Positions 53,244 to 61,670 of a stretch of 64,000 bases of DNA are shown piece by piece (position 1 is the first letter of the stretch; every line of letters starts with the position of its first letter). The notes under the pieces are model-generated. The model ran no database searches. It worked only from the letters and a program-made list of their open reading frames with translations, and was not told the DNA's origin. This DNA is from Octopus bimaculoides (lineage: Eukaryota). Location: contig NC_068982.1 of the NCBI RefSeq assembly GCF_001194135.2, positions 7,758,191-7,822,190 of the forward strand. The letters run 5' to 3'. Both the position numbers and the translations under genes were made by a program.

Positions 53244-56006
53244 ATCTTTGTATCTATGTATCTCTTTTCCACCAGCACCACTTGACAACCAGTTGGTGTA
53301 TTTATGTCCCCCGTAACTTAGTCGTTTGGTAAAGAAGACCAAAACAATAAGTACCATGCTTTATAAAAATATAAGTACTGGGGTCAATTCAATCAACTAA
53401 AATTCTTCTTAAGGGTGAGATACCTGAAAGGGTATTTATGTCTGTGTGTAGTTAACTAGAAACTTGAAATAGTAAAAACAAAGTACATACTACAAAGCTA
53501 TACTCATTATTGAATGACAACTGGCTGTAATCTGATACTCCAACCTACCACCTGGCACACAGCCACTTCTCTTGGTTCCTCTTCCTCTGTCCGCTGAGAG
53601 GCCCTCTACTTGGTGACCTCACAGGAGCTAGCACCATATGTAAAGGCACCCATGCTAGCGCCATATAAAAAGTACCCATGCTGGTACCACAAACAAAACA
53701 CCCAGTACACTTTGTAAAGTGGTTGGCATCAGGAAGGACATCCAGCCATAGAAACCATGTCAAAACAGGTGAGTGGAACCAGGTGCAGCCCTCCAGCTGG
53801 CCAGCCCCTGTCAAATCATCCAACCCATGCCAGCATGGAAAATGAACATTACATGATGATGATGATGAACTATGATCATATCATTACTAAAAGTAATATA
53901 ATTTCAATTTATGTTTACATAAATAATAACTTACATTTATATTAACTTCACAGGGTTCGGACTCCACATCATCTCTTTGTGGAGCAAAGCAAGAGAAAGC
54001 AATAAATTCTTGAGCAAATTTTGTTTTATGAACAAGCAAACCAGTTCGGCTAACAAGTTCATTGTTGATATTAGAATCAAAATTGCCACAGAGACCTTCA
54101 ACCTGTCATGTAAAGTTAATATTATTTAATCAATAAACCTCAAAAGTCACAAATTAGACCAAGAAAAATAAAAAAAGCAAATATATTCTGTTTAGCTGAA
54201 AGCTTTAATATCTGTTAAAAGAACACAAGTGGTTGTCTAAGCTAAATTTTAGTTGTAAATTAAAGGTTTTTATCCAATTCTATCTCAAAATAATGCATGA
54301 AATATGAACCCTCACAGATATTAATACTCTACTTTTTTATTTAATTCCATCCACCCATCTTCTCTACCCACTATTCCTAGGAAGGTTGTGGGGATAAAAT
54401 CCTCAGGCACCTCTTCCATAGCAGAAGCAGCTATCATTATGCTTCCCACCAGGATCTCCAAACACGACCAAACTGAGACTGTGGATGTTATCCAACCATC
54501 TCATTCTTGGTTTACCCTTAGGTTTCCTGCCAGTTGACTCAGCTTCAAGAATCCATCTTGCAATTCTTTTCTGTAATGTTCTGATCACATGTTTGTAACA
54601 CCAGAGCCATGACTGCTCAAAGCAGGAAAGCAACTTATTTAATCTCAAATATTATCTAAAAGGTCTACATAGTAAAATTAACATATAAAAATGTAAATAA
54701 TAATACCAAGCAGTAAAAAGTTTAATTTACTTCTGAAATGAAATTGTAGAAAAGATTTTGTTTCATTTTTCTGTAACAATTTTTTTCTTTGCAATATATG
54801 CTTATTTAAATAAGATTTAATAAGCTTTCTGAAAACTATTTTAGAATTTCACTAATTAATAAAAGGCATTAAGAAACTTCAGAAAGTCAGAATATCTTAA
54901 AACAATTTTTTATGATTAATGTATATTCAAAATAATAGCACATTGTTTCTTTAAAGATTTTATATTAAAATTAAAAAGCTGCCTGAAGAATAATAGTTTA
55001 CTCACATATATGTTAAAATTAGTATACCATCAAAATTTCTGGAGTTACTCTTCATTTTTGTTTTTGTACTAACTTATTTCAATACTTTCAAAGATAACAA
55101 ATTCAATTCACAAATCTTATCACAAGTCATGGCTGACATTTGCATGAAAGAGAAGAGGAGGAGGAGGAGGCGACAAGGGGAGAAGTAGGAGGATGACAAG
55201 GAGAAGGGGAAGGACGATGAGGAGGAGGAGGAGGTATGGCATTGGATGCATAAGATTTTTAAAACAAAATATTATATTAAAACAATTTCTACATCATTTT
55301 ACATTTACATTTTTATATGCTCCAAAACAAAAAGTGGTTTCGTACCAAACCTCGATAATTTGACTTCAGAGTAATATAAGTTTGGGCACCAGCATAATGT
55401 AAAATACGGAAATCCAGTCCATCCACCACATAAAACAAAGACGATGCCTGTTTTATAATAATTTCTTTACTGAAAAAACTGTTATCTGATCTATAGTTGC
55501 CATTGACAAAAAATCCTTTCTTAGTGATTTTTGCAAAGAGATTTGCAGTTTCAATTTTGAGGCCAGTTGAACAATTAAATTCATCAAGATATGGGCTGCT
55601 GCATGGACCAAATTCCAGAGATATTTTCAACTCCAGTGAAGTTGATTTACTCTAAAACGACAGAAATACATCAATAATAATTAATTAATTTGGTAACTTT
55701 CAGAGTTTAGTTTTATACTAAATTTTCTACACTGAATCAATGTATTAATGCATCAGATACAATTAATTAGCCTAATAATGTTCTCTTAATCTGGTCACCA
55801 GCAGAAGTGGTGGTACATGTTCTCATGATGAATGGTTTGTCTAATTCTTCAATGTCTGCTTTAGCATGGTTTCTACAGCAGAATACCATTCTTAACACCA
55901 ACCACTCACCCACTTGGGCAAGTCTTTTGTTATAGCCACAAACCAATCAAGGCCTTCTGAGTGGATTTGGTAAGCAGAAACTGAAAGAATCATATCACAC
56001 ACACAT

Positions 56007-56037
<31 letters not shown>

Positions 56038-56270
56038 TATATGCATGTATGTATTTACATACATACATTNNNNNNNNNNNNNNNNNNNNNNNNNNNNNNN
56101 NNNNNNNNNNNNNNNNNNNNNNNNNNNNNNNNNNNNNNNNNNNNNNNNNNNNNNNNNNNNNNNNNNNNNNNNNNNNNNNNNNNNNNNNNNNNNNNNNNNN
56201 NNNNAACCAATCAAGGCCTTCTGAGTGGATTTGGTAAGCAGAAACTGAAAGAATCATATCACACACACAT

Positions 56271-56301
<31 letters not shown>

Positions 56302-59300
56302 TATATGCATGTATGTATTTACATACATACATTATAGGCCATTTGGCATCATGCCATGCTTGAGAAGAAGACCCATTAAGTCAAGTAAAACCACAGTTGT
56401 GGCCAATGCCAGTGTCACATAAATGGCACACATGACAGTGGCACGTAAAAGCATCTATTATACTCTCAGAGTGGTTGGCATTGGGAAGGGCATCCAGCCA
56501 TAGAAACCATGCCAAATCAGACTGGAATCTGGTGCAGCCTTCCAGCTTGCTAGTCCTGATCAAACCATCCAACCTATGCCAGCATGGACAACGGATATTA
56601 AATGATGATGATGAGGTGTGGATCTGTGGTGAGAAATTCACTTCACTATATGGTTCCAGCTTCTTGGCTAAGTATCTCCTACTATAGCCTCAGGCCAACC
56701 AAAGCTTTGTGAGTGGATTTGGTAGGCAGAAACTGAAAGAATCCTGTTGTATATGTGTGCGTATGTCCTCCACCACCACTTAACAACCAGTGATGGTGTG
56801 TGTACAAATCCATAACCTAGCAGTTCAGCAAAAGTGAACCAATAGAATAAATAACAGACTTAAAAGAAAGTTAGTACTGGGGTTGGTTCATTCAACTAAA
56901 AATTCTTCAAGGTACTGCCCCATCATGGCCACAGTCTAATAAATGAAACAAGTAAAAGATAAAAGATAATTAAAAAAATAGCTTTTCTCAAATTTTTACC
57001 ATAAATATGTAACAATAGAATTTTACTGAAAATGCTAGAAAGATTACTTTTTCAACTTTAATGCAAGCAAAAGATTAGTTTTTGCCAACCTATTTAATCT
57101 GTAAATAATTCAGTTTATTAAATTTAGTGGCTAAGTTTTTATCAAACTTAAAAGAACATTAATCAGCTAAGTGATGATGAATGTCTATATATAAAAAAAA
57201 AACAAAAGAAAATAATTATCTTACTTGCACTAGTGTATATCGACAAGAAACTGGTTCGATTGTGTAATCCAAATTATCAAAAGTTTTAATACTATTGCGA
57301 CCAAGTATTGTACAAGTTCCAGGACATTCTTGCTTTTCACACACCCATTTACCATATTTACAAACACTATAGAATGAAGGAAAAAAATAAAATGAAGTTA
57401 TTTCTTTATCAATATGCAGTCAAATGCAAATTTTGACTTTGAAATTTTAAAGAACATGAATACAGCTTATGAAAATGACAAACATTATTCCAAAAATCAG
57501 TTATCAATTATATTATACATAATTTCACTATATCCATAGAACTACTTGATGCCTCTGCCAAATTATTATTGTTGGGGGAAATTGATTAGTCTAATTCATT
57601 AAATTTCACACTAGTATTCTTATAGTTAGGTTGAAAATCTACTTCATCAGATCTGCTGAAGCCCATCTGAATTATATTAATCCCCAAAAACTTGATTCAA
57701 AATTAATCAGTTAAATTCAACAAATGATTTTAGTCACATACCAAAGGTTGCAATCCATCTTAACAGTAGAATTCTCATCGAATTTCTTGCCTTCATATTC
57801 ACATGGGCATTCTTCCTTATTAATACATTTGCCGTTTTCATAAAACTTTCCAACAGGACATCGGCAAGCAGCCACACAAGGTAAATCACAATCACTAATT
57901 TCATCAGTGTTGCCACAAGTTCTAGGACAGGGGGCAGTGCATTCATCAAATTCAAACCCTTCAGGGCAAGTAATTGCTAATAAATAGAATAGATACATTT
58001 TAGAGAAAAATTAAATATGTTACTTGATATATTTTTTTCTGAAAAAAAGTGAATGTCAGTAGTATCAAAGTTGTAATTTGTCAATTCAAAGAGGTAGTGA
58101 CTCTACTTGGAGAGCCCCTATTGAGAAATGTTACTCCAAAGACCTTTCAGAGCAACCCTATTTCTACAGCTTTTATTCACAATTGTATTCTTTCGGTCAT
58201 TACCCAAGATTCCTGATCACAGATAAAGGTAGGCACAAACACCAAATTGAAGATAGCGAATTTGGTTCTTACACCTACCCTTCTTCAGATGAGTGAATGC
58301 TGAACCTGGTGCATTACTGAACCAGATACTGCAATTCTTGCACTTAATCCAGCCTCTTACTTTCCATCATTCATGAAAATGGACAAAAGCCAACTAACAG
58401 GAGACCAAGTGGCAGACCACTAAGAAGATAGTTGGATAACATCCATGTACTTAGTTGGTCTCACTAGGGGATCCAACAAGATCAATTGTAGATAGTTGAT
58501 TCTCACAGGGCCTGATGGAAGGCATCCTTGTGGACTCTACTCCTATGACCCTTCAAGGCACAAGTGAACAAAGAAAATGAGATGAGATCAAAAATTGAAT
58601 ATAAGCTAGAATGAAACTGTTTGACGAAATACAAACTTTAAGAAAACTGCAAAAGAAACTAAGACCAATGAACTGTATTATTAGAATTAAGTATGCCATA
58701 GAATAAAGGTTTAAAAACATACATTTTAGATGTACAATGGTGGACTAAAAATTTCATAGGCTGAAAATGAAGGACTGATGCTAGAGCTATGAAATCTTGC
58801 ATGCATTAATTTCAACTGTTCTTATTAATAACTGATTCATTTATTTCCAGGTAGACTGACATCAAACTGTTCAAAGAAGACTTCAAAATTAACTAATAGC
58901 GACCTGCCTTGTTGAAAATGGGTAAAATTTGGCATCGTGGTATTATCAAGTACTTGCAGAAAAAAAGGTTTAGCACTACAAAGACATTCATGCTGATATG
59001 GTTGCTACATTAGGATATGATGTTCCAGCTTTATCAACAGTGCAAAAGTGGGTAGCCTATGAACTTTTCAGCTGTCCATTGTACAAAATATTTCAGATGA
59101 ACAGAAATTATTAGTAATGGTAAGAGTTGAGCAATAAACAATATTTTCTTTTTTGATAATAATGACTTCTTTTCGTAGTATGGAAGATGCATCCTAGTCG
59201 TTCAAAATCATGCAAAGACTGCATTTCAGATGCAATGAAATCATATTCATACAAATTTTGACATGTAATAATAAATGTTTAAGTGAAGTTAACAGTTTTT

Positions 59301-61625
59301 GATTGATTTTAATGGCTAATATGTATCTTTCATGCTACAAAAGTTTTAGTCTCACGTCATATCACTTGCCTAGCAAGTACAAACCCAAAATGATTTCTAT
59401 TTTTTAACAGTGCAAGAAATAATGAAATAAATTATAAGTTGTTTTAATACAAAGATCAAAATGGGAGTGACACAAACACCAAAACAGGAAAGGATTACAT
59501 ACGACAAATGTTTTGTTTTCTCCACTTTGGAATATCATTTCCATTCAAAAAACACTGATGGGCAATACTTTCAACGGCTGTACATGCTGCTGTCATAGCT
59601 TCTTCTGCAGTATCAGAGGCACGGATCATCGAGAAGCAATTGTCTATTAAAACTGGCTTCTTTTCCTAAAATGACAGGTTGTTTGAAACAAAACATAAGA
59701 ATGTATCAGATAATAAAGAAATTACATAAGAAAATGTTATTAATATTAAGAAAAGTAAATGTTCAATGCTCTTAAAATGTAGTTTTACTCATGATTAACA
59801 AATTTTATGTAAATTTCTGCTTATTTAAATACAAAAATTATTATTTCTAAACCTCTCAACGAGGGACATTCAGGCACAGTACTCTAAAGTAAAGATTATT
59901 TCCCATCATAATGCATTAGTCCTGCTTGGGACGAATGTTACTGTTATTTAGCCCCAGGGGCTGATGTAATCAACTTAGGCTCTTCCCTGAAACTGCTGGC
60001 TTTGTGCCAAAATTTGAAACCAATATTTGCAGATTTTAATACATTTGTTGATAGCATATAACAGTTTCCTGGGGCCAAATAACAGTAATATTCATCCCAA
60101 CCAGGACTGCCGCATTATGCTGGCAAATAACCTTTACTCTGTTTATTTACAAAATCAGAATCTATTAAAACAGTAAAATTGATCACTTTTGGTTCAAAAT
60201 ATAAACATGAAGTTAATCATTTCTGAGGAATAATATGCAATGTAACAATGAAAGAAAAACTAAAGCATTTAAATCAAGAGGGTAACAAAAAGTAGGAATT
60301 TTTAATTACTTTTCAAAGGAAACCAAAAATTTGCTACCAACAAATGTATTAAAACCTGCAAATATTGGTTTCAAATTATGGCACAAGGCCAGCAATTTCA
60401 GGGAAGGGGCTAAGTTTATTACATTAACCCCAGTGTTCAACTGGTACTTATTTGATTGACTCTGAAAGGACAAAAGACAAAGTCAACCTTGGCAGCATTT
60501 GAACCCAGAACATAAAGACAGATGAAAAGCCACTGAGCATTTTTGTGCAACATGCAAATGATTCTACCAACACACCTTAAAAATCTGCAAATATTGTTAC
60601 TGCAATACAGATGTATTGATTATCTCTGCTCAATATTGTAAAAACTGGGCAAAGATTAAATTACAATTTCAGTTTCAGTACAATAGTAAAACAAATTACA
60701 AAAACAAAAAACAAAATACAACCTATTGACACAAATACGTCTGCTTCGGTACATTATTGTAATGATAACAACTATCATGATAGAAACTAAAGTAAAAGTC
60801 TCATGGAAACATTACGAAAAACAATGTAATATTTAAGAAAATAAATCAAAGAGATTAGAAGTGAAACTGAGTAACACTAATTTTTTTTAAAATATAAACT
60901 TACAGAAAGATCACAATTATAGAAAGTAAAGGCAACATGGCAAATTTTGTTAGCTTCTGGATATCTGTAATCAGGTGATGTTGAAAGTCTGTTATTTTTG
61001 CACTGAAAAAGAAAAAAATAGGACTTAAAAGTTACATAAAAAGTTTATGAGAGAAAAAAATATTTTCATAATTCTGAAGGGCTTTTATTTTTACGATGTA
61101 TAAAATGAAGAAAATAGTATCTTAAGTAATTAATTATTTCTGCTTTAGGCACAAGGTCTTGAAAATTGAGTGGGGGGAGCTAGTCGATTACATCAATCCC
61201 AGGTACTTATTTCATCAATCCTGAAAGGATGGAAAGCAAAGTGGACCTCGGCGGAATTTGAACTCAGAACATAATGACAGATGAAACACCGCTAAACATT
61301 TTGCTCAGCGTGCTAACGATTCTGCCAGCTTGCCACCCTAGTATCTTAGGTAATTAATGTCATATTTCACATTTTTATTCTGTCTAAATGAAAAGACAAA
61401 TTATGAAGACCAATTAGTTCTTATTTTAGCTTTTAACTTCCATTGAAGATGAAGCAGCAGCTTAAGTCTTTCTACAGCACCGAAATTTTGAGCACCTTTA
61501 AGGAATCTATTCATTCACAATTAGTTATTACTTTAGCAATCATTGAAAAAAGATCCCTCTTAATCCCAGGCAAAATGTTTGTTTCAAAGACATTAAATGG
61601 AGAAAAAATAAAGTAAAAACATAAA

Positions 61626-61670
<45 letters not shown>

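Noticed and set aside
55942-56332. Near-identical ~128-bp duplication on both sides of an N-gap
   Set aside because: Typical unmerged contig overlap, i.e. an assembly artefact.
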